Positions 37,786-47,476 of a DNA stretch of 64,000 bases are shown in pieces. Numbering within the stretch: position 1 is the first letter of the stretch; each line of letters opens with the position of its first letter. A program made the translations under genes and the position numbers. The stretch is from an uncultured Eubacteriales bacterium (lineage in GTDB: Bacteria; Bacillota; Clostridia; Christensenellales; Aristaeellaceae), in NCBI GenBank assembly GCA_900553315.1, contig USCW01000001.1, positions 19,949-83,948 on the forward strand. Reading direction: 5' to 3'. The notes under the pieces are model-generated. The model did not search any database and was not told the origin of the DNA. It saw only the letters and a program-made list of their open reading frames with translations.

Positions 37786-38919
37786 ATGGCTGCACCTAGC
37801 TACCGAACTGCCGTAGATGAACGGCGTATTGCTCAAATTCGCCAGATCACGCATGAATTACCCGCATCCTGTTCAGATTTTTTGCGCGGCATTGCCATGA
37901 CAACGAGTACATTCACACGGCTGGCTTATGCGCTTGATTTGTGCACATTTTTTCACTATCTGGCTGAAGAACGTGTCGCTTTTGCGGACAAACCTGTCGC
38001 GCAGTTTACGGACGCGGACATCGAACGGATCTCGCAAAAGGATCTTGAAGACTATGCTGAGTTTCTAACGCTTTATTATAAGCATCCCCCTACGGCAGAT
38101 GATACCGAGGCCATTCCCTGCAAGCCGATTGTCAATCATGAGCTGGCTGTCAAGCGCAAGCTGTGTTCTTTACGCTCATACTTTGATTATATGTTCCGCA
38201 GCAAACGGCTGTCAGCTAATGTGAGCCAACTGGTAGAGCTCCCTAAGATTCATGAGAAGCCGATTCTGCGCCTGAATGCGGATGAATTGCAGAAAATGCT
38301 GGAGCTTTCCCAAACCGGCGAAAACATGACTAAGGGACAGGCTAAGTTTCATAAACTGACGGCCGCTCGTGACTATGCGATGCTGTCGCTTTTTCTGGGC
38401 ACAGGTATTCGTGTTTCGGAATGTGTAGGACTCAATATAGAGGATATTGATTTTTCACAAAACGCTTTTCTGGTTACGCGAAAGGGTGGCAATCAGGTCG
38501 TGCTTTATTTCCCACAGGAAGTAGCAGACGCGCTTCAGGCCTACTTGGTGCAACGGGAGCACATCGATGCGCTTCCCGGCCACGAGAATGCCCTTTTCCT
38601 CAGCTTGCAGCGCAAGCGCATGAATCAGCGTTCTATCCAGAAGCTTGTCAAAAAGTACGCTGCTTATGCAGCACCGCTGAAGCCGCGCATCAGTCCGCAT
38701 AAACTGCGCAGTACTTTTGGCACAAATCTTTATCACGCAACTGGAGATATTTATCTGGTGGCCGATGTGTTAGGCCATACGTCCGTGGATACAACGCGAA
38801 AGCACTATGCCGACATGACAGATTCCCGTAGGCGGATGGCCGCAGAGCATGTACATTTGCCTACTGCGGAAGGAAATGCCGATTCACAGGAGGTCTTTTC
38901 CACCGAAGAACAGCCCTAA
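37786..38919 (+). CDS. tyrosine site-specific recombinase (XerC/CodV-like)
   Basis: C-terminal catalytic pattern ...R..E...L......HKLRSTF.T......G......LGH.S..TT..Y. N-terminal SAM-like core-binding domain. GAGGAGG upstream of ATG 37786. Confidence 0.85.
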   Translation: MAAPSYRTAVDERRIAQIRQITHELPASCSDFLRGIAMTTSTFTRLAYALDLCTFFHYLAEERVAFADKPVAQFTDADIERISQKDLEDYAEFLTLYYKHPPTADDTEAIPCKPIVNHELAVKRKLCSLRSYFDYMFRSKRLSANVSQLVELPKIHEKPILRLNADELQKMLELSQTGENMTKGQAKFHKLTAARDYAMLSLFLGTGIRVSECVGLNIEDIDFSQNAFLVTRKGGNQVVLYFPQEVADALQAYLVQREHIDALPGHENALFLSLQRKRMNQRSIQKLVKKYAAYAAPLKPRISPHKLRSTFGTNLYHATGDIYLVADVLGHTSVDTTRKHYADMTDSRRRMAAEHVHLPTAEGNADSQEVFSTEEQP

Positions 38920-38925
38920 ACAGAG

Positions 38926-38972
38926 AATCGCTCAGCAGACTGAAATCTATCAGTCTGCTGAGCGATTTTTAA
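38926..38972. terminator. bidirectional terminator between the recombinase and the Cys-rich gene
   Basis: AATCGCTCAGCAGACTGA / TCAGTCTGCTGAGCGATT 18-bp perfect stem followed by TTTTTAAT. Confidence 0.75.
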
Positions 38973-39172
38973 TGTTTTTCAGTCTGTTCACGCTCGAATT
39001 CCTGCTCCAGCTCAATGCGGTCAATCGCAATGGCGCGATAGGTTGCATCCCCATTGACGCACTTCATGCAGTTATCGCAGATTTTATTCGGATCAAGATC
39101 ACAGCGGTCACACTCGCCGCAGCCGTTACAAATGCGATCATCATAGAGTACGCACATTTTTGGCTCTTTCAC
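38969..39172 (-). CDS. small Cys-rich protein (67 aa, 8 Cys), function unknown
   Basis: GTG start with AAGGGAGG 8 nt upstream. Own promoter and own terminator. Pattern C-x7-C-x2-C-x2-C-x2-C-x7-C-x2-C-x2-C followed by an acidic helical tail. Confidence 0.65.
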   Translation of the reverse strand: MKEPKMCVLYDDRICNGCGECDRCDLDPNKICDNCMKCVNGDATYRAIAIDRIELEQEFEREQTEKH

Positions 39173-39201
39173 AGTCTTCGCCTCCCTTGTTGCTGAACAT
39201 T

Positions 39202-39230
39202 ATTATAGCACCATATTAGATAAGCTGCAA
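39202..39230 (-). promoter_or_regulatory. near-consensus sigma-A promoter for the Cys-rich gene
   Basis: Minus strand TTGCAG-17 nt-TATAAT with TGc extended -10. Located between the hslU terminator and the gene. Confidence 0.65.
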
Positions 39231-39242
39231 TTTGAAACAGCA

Positions 39243-39295
39243 TAAATAAAAACAGCGATGAGGGAAAAACTTTGCACGGCGATTCCCTCACCGCT
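39243..39295 (-). terminator. intrinsic terminator after hslU
   Basis: AGCGGTGAGGGAA...TTCCCTCATCGCT stem followed by GTTTTTATTTAT on the minus strand. Confidence 0.65.
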
Positions 39296-39308
39296 TGCTT
39301 ATTTACCT

Positions 39309-40673
39309 TTACAGGATATACCGCCGCATATCCGCCGGTTTATTATCGCCGCTGAGATGCTCACGAACATAATCGCCGTTGATTTTCAGTTCAAAAGGCG
39401 GCATATTCTCATCCCCCGCATTAAAGGAAACATCCTCCAACAACTGTTCAAAAACCGCATGAAGCCGACGTGCGCCGATGTCTTCGCTGGTTTCGTTGGC
39501 ATTCCACGCCGCTTCGGCGATAGCGTCAATCGCGCTGTCTTCAAAGGTCAGCATCACCTTATCGACAGCCAGCAGTGCTTTATACTGCCGGGTCAGTGCA
39601 TTGTCAGGCTGCGTCAGAATGCGGGAGAAATCCTCCTTTGTCAGACTCTTCAGCTGTACATGCACCGGGAAGCGACCCTGAAGCTCAGGAATCAGGTCGC
39701 TTACCTTGGATACATGGAACGCACCCGCCGCAATAAACAGCATGTAGTCTGTCTTAACGGGGCCATACTTCGTATTTACTGTGCTGCCTTCCACAATGGG
39801 CAGAATATCCCGCTGGACACCTTCGCGGCTGACATCCGGGCCGCCGTTTCCACGATGCTCGGCAATCTTGTCGATCTCGTCAATGAAAACGATGCCATTT
39901 TGTTCCGCACGGGCAATGGCTTCTTCCTGCACCGCATCGCTGTCGATCAGCTTTTCAGCTTCTTCCTGTTCCAGAATCTTGCGGGCTTCTTTGACCTTTA
40001 CATGCCGCAGCTTTGTCTTCTTGGGCATCATCCCGCCCATCATGTCGCCCAAGCTGATGGAATTTCCGCCAACCTCCAGCGTGGGAGCTTCTTCCGTGAC
40101 CTCAACCTCCAGCTCGCGCTCTTCCAGCTCGCCGCGCATCAGCTGCTGACGAATCTCTTCACGCTTGCCGGAAAGCTTTTCTTGTTCTTCTTGATTAGGC
40201 TCCTGTTCCTTCTGTTTCCCCAGCAGAAAGTCCAGCGGATTCCCGGCGGCCTTCTTCGGCGGGTGCACTAGCAGCGTTACCAGACGATCTTCGGCCAGCA
40301 CGCGGGCACGAGGCTGTACGCGCTTCTCATGCTCTTCCTTGACCATGCGAATAGCATTTTCCACCAAATCGCGTACAATGCTCTCTACATCACGACCAAC
40401 ATAACCAACCTCGGTGAACTTAGTTGCTTCTACCTTAATGAAGGGCGCATTTACCAGCTTGGCCAGCCGACGGGCAATCTCTGTTTTACCAACGCCGGTG
40501 GGACCGATCATCAGAATATTCTTCGGACTAATCTCCTCGCGCATGGACTCTTCTACCTTGGAACGACGATAGCGGTTGCGCAGCGCAATGGCAACGCTTT
40601 TCTTCGCTTCATCCTGACCAACAATATATCGATCAAGCTCCCTGACAATCTCGCGGGGCGTAAGCTCTCCCAT
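39309..40673 (-). CDS. hslU: ATP-dependent protease ATPase subunit HslU
   Basis: LTPREIV.ELD.YI.GQ, Walker [16 protein letters not shown], and the characteristic I-domain insertion. Confidence 0.95.
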   Translation of the reverse strand: MGELTPREIVRELDRYIVGQDEAKKSVAIALRNRYRRSKVEESMREEISPKNILMIGPTGVGKTEIARRLAKLVNAPFIKVEATKFTEVGYVGRDVESIVRDLVENAIRMVKEEHEKRVQPRARVLAEDRLVTLLVHPPKKAAGNPLDFLLGKQKEQEPNQEEQEKLSGKREEIRQQLMRGELEERELEVEVTEEAPTLEVGGNSISLGDMMGGMMPKKTKLRHVKVKEARKILEQEEAEKLIDSDAVQEEAIARAEQNGIVFIDEIDKIAEHRGNGGPDVSREGVQRDILPIVEGSTVNTKYGPVKTDYMLFIAAGAFHVSKVSDLIPELQGRFPVHVQLKSLTKEDFSRILTQPDNALTRQYKALLAVDKVMLTFEDSAIDAIAEAAWNANETSEDIGARRLHAVFEQLLEDVSFNAGDENMPPFELKINGDYVREHLSGDNKPADMRRYIL

Positions 40674-40685
40674 AAAATGGCCTCC

Positions 40686-41225
40686 TTACACTTCTTCAAC
40701 AATCACGTTGTCATTCGTATAGACACAGATGGACGCCGCAATATGCAGCGCTTTTTCAGCAATTTCGCGGGCAGAAAGGTCGGTATTCTGCATTAGTGCA
40801 CGCGCTGCAGCCAGCGCATAATTGCCGCCGGAGCCGATGGCCGCAATGCCCTCATCCGGGTCGATGACTTCCCCATTGCCGCTTAGGATCAGCATTGTTC
40901 CCTTATCGGCAACAATCATCAGCGAGTCCAGCTGCCGCATAGCCTGATCGCCGTGCCAGCTCTGCGCCACAGCAACCGCCGCACGCTCCAAATTGCCGCC
41001 GCATTGGGTCAGCTTCTCCTCAAATTTTTCGCTCAGCGTAAACGCATCCGCAACCGAACCGGCAAAACCAATCGCCACCTGTCCACCATAAATACGGCGT
41101 ACCTTGCGAGCGGTACTCTTGAAGATTGTATGCTCCCCCATCGTTACCTGACCGTCACCGGCGATAGCAATATGACCGTTGCGCTTTACCGCGCAAATGG
41201 TCGTCCCGCGAAATGAAATACTCAT
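40686..41225 (-). CDS. hslV: ATP-dependent protease subunit HslV
   Basis: TTICAV..NG..A.AGDGQVT N-terminal Thr-protease signature. Confidence 0.93.
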   Translation of the reverse strand: MSISFRGTTICAVKRNGHIAIAGDGQVTMGEHTIFKSTARKVRRIYGGQVAIGFAGSVADAFTLSEKFEEKLTQCGGNLERAAVAVAQSWHGDQAMRQLDSLMIVADKGTMLILSGNGEVIDPDEGIAAIGSGGNYALAAARALMQNTDLSAREIAEKALHIAASICVYTNDNVIVEEV

Positions 41226-41356
41226 GGTTTCATCCCTCTTCTTTTCATTGAGCTTCTATGCAGTAGTTAGCACAAAAGCCGCTGTCCATACAGGCTGTTT
41301 CTGTTCAGCCTATGCTTAGTTTAGCATCCTTTTATCAACTTGGTGTGAATTTTGTC

Positions 41357-42673
41357 TTAAACCTGCTGTGCAGCGCTCCAATCCTTCAAATAAGCCAGCG
41401 ATCGCGCAGAAACTGCCTCATAGCGCTGTGCCTTATTGCGGATTTTCTTATGCTCCCGATCAACTGGCAGCGGATCGATCAGTCCAAAGGAGCAATTCAT
41501 GGGCTGAAAATCGCGGTTCGGTGTTGCAACATAATGCCCCATGGCGCCGATAGCCGTCAGCCGCGGAAGCTCCACCGTTCCATTGCCCTGCAAATCGCTG
41601 GCCAACGATATGCCAGCCAGCAAACCGCTAGCCGCACTCTCCACATAGCCCTCTACGCCGGTCATCTGACCCGCAAAATAGCATTGCGGACGGGAAATCA
41701 TTTCAAAGTGGGCATTTAGGAACCCCGGTGACTGCAGAAATGTATTCCGATGCATCACACCATACCGTGCATAGGCCGCGTTTTCCAATCCGGGGATTAA
41801 GCCGAATACCCGCTTTTGCTCAGGAAATTTCAAGCGTGTTTGAAAGCCTACAATGTTGAAGAGCGTTCCTTCCGCGTTGTCCTGACGGAGCTGCACAACG
41901 GCAAAGGCTTCCTTGCCTGTACGTGGATCCTTCAAGCCAACAGGCTTCATAGGTCCAAAGGCCAGCACCATGCGGCCGCGTCGCGCCATGGATTCTACCG
42001 GCATACAGCCTTCGAAAACCTTTGTTTCCTCAAAGCCGTGAATCGGCGCAGTCTCTGCCGCCAGAAGCTCATCTACAAAGTGATTGTATTCTTCTTCTGT
42101 CATGGGACAATTCAGATAATCGTCGCCACGGTCATAGCGCGACTGCCGAAAAATTTTGTCCATATTTAAGGATTCAAGCGTAACAATCGGTGCGGCCGCA
42201 TCATAGAAATTCAGCGTTCCCAGCCCCGGTAAAGCGGCAATTTCCTCCGCCAACGCATCAGAGGTCAGCGGGCCTGTGGCAACGATTGTCGGGCCGTCTG
42301 GAATGTGCTCTGCTTCCTCCCGGCAAACCGTCACCAGCGGATGCTCATCCAGCGTTTTCGTGATGAAGCCGGAAAATTGCTCACGATCCACAGCCAACGC
42401 TCCGCCTGCAGGGACGCGTGCTTGATCTGCTGCACGCATGACCAGCGAATCCAGCAGCCGCATTTCCTCCTTCAGCAGGCCAACTGCGTTTGTCAGCCGG
42501 TCAGACCGCAGCGAATTCGAGCAAACCAGTTCCGCCATCCATGGCGTATGGTGCGCCGGAGAGGACTTCACAGGACGCATTTCTATCAATCGGACAGGAA
42601 TGCCGCGTTTCGCAAGCTGCCACGCCGCCTCACTACCGGCAAGTCCTGCCCCCAGAACCGTTACCTGCTCCAT
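41357..42673 (-). CDS. trmFO: methylenetetrahydrofolate--tRNA-(uracil54-C5)-methyltransferase TrmFO
   Basis: [24 protein letters not shown]-terminus. Position between topA and hslV as in Bacillus gid. The ATG shares one base with the topA stop. Confidence 0.93.
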   Translation of the reverse strand: MEQVTVLGAGLAGSEAAWQLAKRGIPVRLIEMRPVKSSPAHHTPWMAELVCSNSLRSDRLTNAVGLLKEEMRLLDSLVMRAADQARVPAGGALAVDREQFSGFITKTLDEHPLVTVCREEAEHIPDGPTIVATGPLTSDALAEEIAALPGLGTLNFYDAAAPIVTLESLNMDKIFRQSRYDRGDDYLNCPMTEEEYNHFVDELLAAETAPIHGFEETKVFEGCMPVESMARRGRMVLAFGPMKPVGLKDPRTGKEAFAVVQLRQDNAEGTLFNIVGFQTRLKFPEQKRVFGLIPGLENAAYARYGVMHRNTFLQSPGFLNAHFEMISRPQCYFAGQMTGVEGYVESAASGLLAGISLASDLQGNGTVELPRLTAIGAMGHYVATPNRDFQPMNCSFGLIDPLPVDREHKKIRNKAQRYEAVSARSLAYLKDWSAAQQV

Positions 42674-44796
42674 TATTCTTCCTCCTGCTCCTCCGTGCTG
42701 GGAACTTCTACCCGGCAGCGGCAGGTTTCATTTGCGCACAAATGCCAAACCTCGCCCTTGCGACCCCGCTTCTCGATCATATAGCTTCCGCATTGCGGAC
42801 ACTTCTGCGTTACAGGCTTTTCCCAGCTGACAAAGTCGCATTCCGGATAATGCTCACAACCATAGAATTTGCGATTCTTCTTACTCGTCTTCTCCATCAG
42901 TCGCCCGCCGCACTTGGGGCACGGCGCATCAATGTAAGTGATAATAGGCTTGGTATTGCGGCACTCCGGGAAATTCGGACAAGCCAAGAACCGTCCAAAG
43001 CGACCCATCTTATAGACCATCATGGCACCGCACTTGTCGCATTGCACGTCGCTGGGTTCGTCCTTGACCTCGACCTTTTCAATCTCCTGCTCGGCCTTGT
43101 CCAGTGTTTGCTTGAAGGGCGGATAGAATGCGCGAAGGATGTCCTTCCATCCCATTTTGCCCTCTTCCACCTCGTCCAGCTGATCCTCCATCTTGGCCGT
43201 AAACTCGGTATCCACGATCTGTGCAAAGAATTCCTCCATCATGGATGTGACCATGCGACCCAGTTCTGTGGGATACAGCCGCTTCTTTTCACGGCTGACA
43301 TAGCCGCGGGCAATAATGGTTGTAATAGTCGGCGCATAGGTAGAGGGGCGACCAATCCCCTTTTCCTCCAACGCACGCACCAGCGAGGCTTCGGTATAGC
43401 GGGACGGCGGCTGTGTAAAATGCTGCTCGCTCTCCACATCGTCCACCAACACAGCATCGCCTTCTTTCATTTGAGGCAGTACCGTCTCAGCAGAAACAAG
43501 TTCGTCATCAGTTCCTTCTTCATAGACGCTGGTGAAGCCCGGAAACTTCTTGTGTTCGCCATAGAAACGAAGACCTATGCCATCTCCGGCAATCTCCATG
43601 GTCATGGTTTCGTACAACGCGGGCATCATCTGGCTGGCGAGGAAACGATTATAGATCAGCTTATACAGGTTATACTGCTCCTTGGTCAAGCTGGCCTTGA
43701 TCTGATCGGGCGTGCGATGCACGTCCGTGGGACGAATGGCCTCGTGAGCGTCCTGCGCATTCTTGCGGCCCTTATACTCAATGGGCGCATCCGGAAGGTA
43801 CTCCGGTCCAAAGCGCTCCGGAATGTATTCCCGCAACGCGGTCATGGCTTCATCGCTGATGCGCACGGAGTCGGTACGGATATAGGACACAATACCTTGC
43901 GTGCCCTCGCCCTCCAAGTCAATGCCTTCATACAGCTGCTGAACGACCTGCATGGTACGCGCCGTTGTAAAGCCCAGCTTGCGGCTGGCTTCCTGTTGTA
44001 GGCTTGACGTGGTGAACGGTGCGGCAGGCGACTTCCGCTTCTCGCCATGCTTCACGGAATAAACGGCAAAGTGTGCCTTCTGAATGCGCTCTACGGCCCG
44101 CTGCGCCTCCTGTGCATTGGTAATGTTGGCCTTTTCGCCATCCAGCGTAGCCAGCTTTGCGGTAAAGTGCAGCTTCCGGCCGCGTCCGCCATGCAGCTGG
44201 GCTTTGACCATGACCTCCCAGTATTCCTCCGGGATGAACGCCTCAATATCCTCCTCGCGCATCACAACCATGCGGGTCGCAACGCTTTGAACACGACCGG
44301 CGGACAGACCCTTTTTCACCTTGGCCCACAAGAGCGGGCTGATCTTATAGCCCACCAGCCGATCCAATACACGCCGCGCCTGCTGCGCGTCTACGCGGCC
44401 CATATCAATGGGGCGCGGGTTCTTGATCGCGTTCTGAATCGCCTTTTTCGTTACCTCGTGGAACTCAATTCGGCAGGGCTCTTCCAGATTCATGCCGAGA
44501 ATTTGCCCAAGATGCCAAGAAATCGCTTCACCTTCGCGGTCCGGGTCAGTTGCGAGGTACACTTCTGAAGCTGTGCGAGCTTCCTTGCGAATGCGTGTCA
44601 GAATATCGCCGCGTCCGCGGATGGTGATATACTTCAGTTCAAAGTCATTCTCCACATCCACGCCAAGCTGTGATTTCGGCAGATCACGCACATGTCCTTG
44701 AGATGCCTCGACCTTATAGCCCTTGCCAAGATATTTACTGATGGTGCGCGCCTTGGCAGGCGACTCCACAATAATCAATTTCTGTTTAGCAGCCAT
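42673..44796 (-). CDS. topA: DNA topoisomerase I
   Basis: [16 protein letters not shown] start, active-site region SYIRTDS, and C-terminal Zn-ribbon repeats (CDKCG...C, CPKCGG, CPQCG). Confidence 0.95.
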   Translation of the reverse strand: MAAKQKLIIVESPAKARTISKYLGKGYKVEASQGHVRDLPKSQLGVDVENDFELKYITIRGRGDILTRIRKEARTASEVYLATDPDREGEAISWHLGQILGMNLEEPCRIEFHEVTKKAIQNAIKNPRPIDMGRVDAQQARRVLDRLVGYKISPLLWAKVKKGLSAGRVQSVATRMVVMREEDIEAFIPEEYWEVMVKAQLHGGRGRKLHFTAKLATLDGEKANITNAQEAQRAVERIQKAHFAVYSVKHGEKRKSPAAPFTTSSLQQEASRKLGFTTARTMQVVQQLYEGIDLEGEGTQGIVSYIRTDSVRISDEAMTALREYIPERFGPEYLPDAPIEYKGRKNAQDAHEAIRPTDVHRTPDQIKASLTKEQYNLYKLIYNRFLASQMMPALYETMTMEIAGDGIGLRFYGEHKKFPGFTSVYEEGTDDELVSAETVLPQMKEGDAVLVDDVESEQHFTQPPSRYTEASLVRALEEKGIGRPSTYAPTITTIIARGYVSREKKRLYPTELGRMVTSMMEEFFAQIVDTEFTAKMEDQLDEVEEGKMGWKDILRAFYPPFKQTLDKAEQEIEKVEVKDEPSDVQCDKCGAMMVYKMGRFGRFLACPNFPECRNTKPIITYIDAPCPKCGGRLMEKTSKKNRKFYGCEHYPECDFVSWEKPVTQKCPQCGSYMIEKRGRKGEVWHLCANETCRCRVEVPSTEEQEEE

Positions 44797-44812
44797 GTTT
44801 CTCCTCCGATAT

Positions 44813-45916
44813 TTATGCCTTACGATAGATTCTGCCGGGACTCTGCATAATGAGTCCGGATAGCTCCAGCAGCGTCAGCGCAGCATTCAGCTTTGAAGCG
44901 TCTAAGCCGGTTTTGAAGGTTAATTGGTCAAAGGAAAGCTCTTCCACCGTCAAAAGCGACAGCACCGTACGCTGATCGGGATCCAGCGGTGGAAGCGATT
45001 CCATCACCTTAGGCGCCGAAGCCGCGTCTTCCCAGCCCATATCCGCCAGAATATCCGCTGCATCACGAATCAGCGTAGCGCCCTCACGGATAATCTGCAA
45101 GGGGCCCTCCGAGCCTTCCTGGCCCGCGGAACCGGGAAAAGCAAAAACATCCTTTCCCTGATCCAGCGCACAGCCAACGGTAATCATCCCTCCGCTGCGT
45201 ATGCGCCCCTCCATGAACAGAAGCCCGTCGCTCAGGCCGCTGATCAAACGATTGCGTGTAGGAAAATGATACGGCAATGCGCCGACTCCCGGCGGATACT
45301 CGCTCAGTACCAGTCCCCCATGCTCTATAATGTCTTGATCCAAACCCTCGCGTCCAAGCGGTTTGGGACGTTCCAGCCCGCATCCGGCAAGACCAATGGT
45401 CGGCGAGGTGCCCATCATGCAGCCGTCATGCGCCGCAGTATCAATGCCGGGAGCCATGCCGCTGACGATGCAGACGCCACTTCGACTCAAATCTTCCGCA
45501 ATATGCCGTGTCACATTCACACCGTAGTCAGAGCTTTTTCGCGTGCCCACAATGGCCAGATGCCGCCCCAGCAGACAATTTAGCTCACCCCGCCAATAGA
45601 GCATCCATGGTGGGTCGTTCAACTGACGAAGGAGCTCCGGAAAACGTTCATCCTCCTGCTGTAATAAGCCGATCTCGTTTTTTTGCAGCAGAACGAGCCG
45701 ATCATGCATCCGCTTTCGCTCAGCCTCTTCCAGCAGAATGCCGCATTGACGAGATGAAAGGCCGCAATTCTTCAGCGGCTTATCCCCATGACGCTGTACA
45801 GCATCATACACGCCTTCTGCGGAACCGAGATTTTCCAGCATCTGTTCAAAAGTACTGCTGCTGATTTCAGCCACAGACAGCCATACCCGGCAAGCATCCT
45901 CTCGAGAATAATGCAA
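44813..45916 (-). CDS. dprA: DNA processing protein DprA
   Basis: Rossmann-like SGMAPGIDTAAH motif. Upstream of topA as in Bacillus smf. Confidence 0.9.
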   Translation of the reverse strand: MHYSREDACRVWLSVAEISSSTFEQMLENLGSAEGVYDAVQRHGDKPLKNCGLSSRQCGILLEEAERKRMHDRLVLLQKNEIGLLQQEDERFPELLRQLNDPPWMLYWRGELNCLLGRHLAIVGTRKSSDYGVNVTRHIAEDLSRSGVCIVSGMAPGIDTAAHDGCMMGTSPTIGLAGCGLERPKPLGREGLDQDIIEHGGLVLSEYPPGVGALPYHFPTRNRLISGLSDGLLFMEGRIRSGGMITVGCALDQGKDVFAFPGSAGQEGSEGPLQIIREGATLIRDAADILADMGWEDAASAPKVMESLPPLDPDQRTVLSLLTVEELSFDQLTFKTGLDASKLNAALTLLELSGLIMQSPGRIYRKA

Positions 45917-45922
45917 CCGGGC

Positions 45923-47455
45923 TCACCTCCAATATTTTCCATCGAGACTGCGATACTGGATAGCTTCGGCCACGTCGGGTGATTCGATCTTTTCTGAACC
46001 GCGCAGATCGGCCAGCGTCCGGGCAACCTTCAAGACGCGCCCATAGGCGCGCATACTCATTCCCATGCGTTCTACGGCAAGATGCAGCAGCTGTGTGGAG
46101 GCTGCATCCAGTTCACAATACTTCTTCGACAGCCGTGCGTCCAGCTGTGCGTTGCAATGAATTCCCTCCTGCCGATAGCGCTCCTGCTGAAGCTTCCGCG
46201 CTTTGGATACTCGCTCGCGAACCTGCGCGGAGGATTCAGCGGGCGCTGCTTGATTGATCTCCTGCACAGGGACTGCGTCCACCTCGATCTGAATATCGAT
46301 TCGATCCAGCAAAGGCCCGCTGACGCGATCCAGATAACGCCGTATTTCATGCGCAGAGCAACGGCATTTCTTGGTCTTGCTCCCATAATAACCGCAGGGA
46401 CAGGGATTCATACTGGCAATGAACATAAAACTGGCTTGATATTGCGCCTGATTCTGCACTCGCGTTACGGAAACGATGCCATCCTCCAAAGGTTGGCGCA
46501 GCGCCTCCAATGCGGGACGCGAAAACTCAGGCAGTTCATCCAGAAACAGTACGCCGTTATGCGCCAGCGAAACCTCGCCCGGCCGCGCATTGGAGCCGCC
46601 GCCAATCAGCGACGCTACCGACGCGCTATGATGCGGCGCACAAAACGGCCGCAGCACCATCAAACCGCTTCCCGGCTGCATTCGCCCTGCAATCGAATGA
46701 ATACGCGTTGTTTCGAGTGCTTCTTCAAAGGTCATGGGCGGCAGAATCCCCGGCAGACAGCGTGCCAGCATGGTTTTTCCGGAGCCTGGTACGCCAATCA
46801 TCAGCATATTATGACCACCTGCTGCGGCAACCTCCAAGGCTCTTCGCGCACCGGTCTGGCCCTTCACCTGACTCATATCAACGGCAATTTGTGCCGTTTC
46901 CAGAAAATCATCATAGGAGCGCTGCTCCTGCGCAGGAATGGGTTCCCTACCCTTTAGATGGTTCACCACCATATTCAGGTTCTTCGCGGGATGCACACGA
47001 ATCCCCTGAATGCAGCTGACCTCTCGCGCATTTCCCTCCGGCAAAATCACGTCGGTCACGCCATGCTCGCTGGCGCTGATGACCATGGGCAACGCACCGC
47101 GCACCGGCTGAAGCGAACCATCCAGCGAAAGCTCGCCCAGCGTCAGTACATGACTCAAATCCAGCATATCTAATTGTCTGCTGGCCATCAGAATACCCAG
47201 CGCAATCGGAAGGTCAAACGCCGGGCCTTCCTTTTTGGTGTCTGCCGGGGCAAGATTGACGGTAAGCCGCCCCACCGGCATGGAATAGCCAGAATTTTGG
47301 ATTGCGGCCCGCACACGGTCTCGGCTTTCCTTTACCGATGCATCAGGCAACCCGACCACTTCCATGGCCATCATGCCGCCAGATAGGTAGACCTCTACCT
47401 TCACCTCAAACCCGTTTACACCATTCAGTCCGTAACCCAGGGTACGTGCAAGCAT
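45923..47455 (-). CDS. comM: Mg-chelatase-like AAA+ protein YifB/ComM
   Basis: N-terminal Lon-protease-like domain, Walker A GVPGSGKT, Walker B LFLDELPEF. Confidence 0.9.
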   Translation of the reverse strand: MLARTLGYGLNGVNGFEVKVEVYLSGGMMAMEVVGLPDASVKESRDRVRAAIQNSGYSMPVGRLTVNLAPADTKKEGPAFDLPIALGILMASRQLDMLDLSHVLTLGELSLDGSLQPVRGALPMVISASEHGVTDVILPEGNAREVSCIQGIRVHPAKNLNMVVNHLKGREPIPAQEQRSYDDFLETAQIAVDMSQVKGQTGARRALEVAAAGGHNMLMIGVPGSGKTMLARCLPGILPPMTFEEALETTRIHSIAGRMQPGSGLMVLRPFCAPHHSASVASLIGGGSNARPGEVSLAHNGVLFLDELPEFSRPALEALRQPLEDGIVSVTRVQNQAQYQASFMFIASMNPCPCGYYGSKTKKCRCSAHEIRRYLDRVSGPLLDRIDIQIEVDAVPVQEINQAAPAESSAQVRERVSKARKLQQERYRQEGIHCNAQLDARLSKKYCELDAASTQLLHLAVERMGMSMRAYGRVLKVARTLADLRGSEKIESPDVAEAIQYRSLDGKYWR

Positions 47456-47476
47456 CCTCCGTACCTCCGAAAAAAG

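Noticed and set aside
36098-38972. tRNA-Thr and tRNA-Pro followed within 1.6 kb by a tyrosine recombinase, raising the possibility of an integrated element at a tRNA.
   Set aside because: The genes in between are housekeeping (proC, rnhA). The tRNAs have their own promoter and terminator. I could find no direct repeat of a tRNA 3' end. The recombinase sits next to hslVU, where CodV/XerC-like genes normally reside. No phage, conjugation or cargo genes follow.
38969-39172. The Cys-rich 67-aa protein as a SCIFF/ranthipeptide-type RiPP precursor.
   Set aside because: No radical-SAM maturase, protease or exporter is adjacent. The cysteine spacing and acidic tail differ from the SCIFF motif as I remember it. 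The gene is an isolated transcription unit.
42490-44001. Very long antisense ORFs. Examples: 503 aa opposite topA, 340 aa opposite ligA (6123-7145), 337 aa opposite hslU (39258-40271), 291 aa opposite comM (46082-46957), 284 aa opposite pyrG (34327-35181), 276 aa opposite ribU and the riboswitch (11251-12081), 255 aa opposite yloV (60998-61765).
   Set aside because: Each lies entirely opposite a gene with unmistakable conserved motifs. Their translations are Arg/His/Gln/Leu-rich and low in complexity, and they have no Shine-Dalgarno. They are typical shadow ORFs in moderately GC-rich coding DNA.
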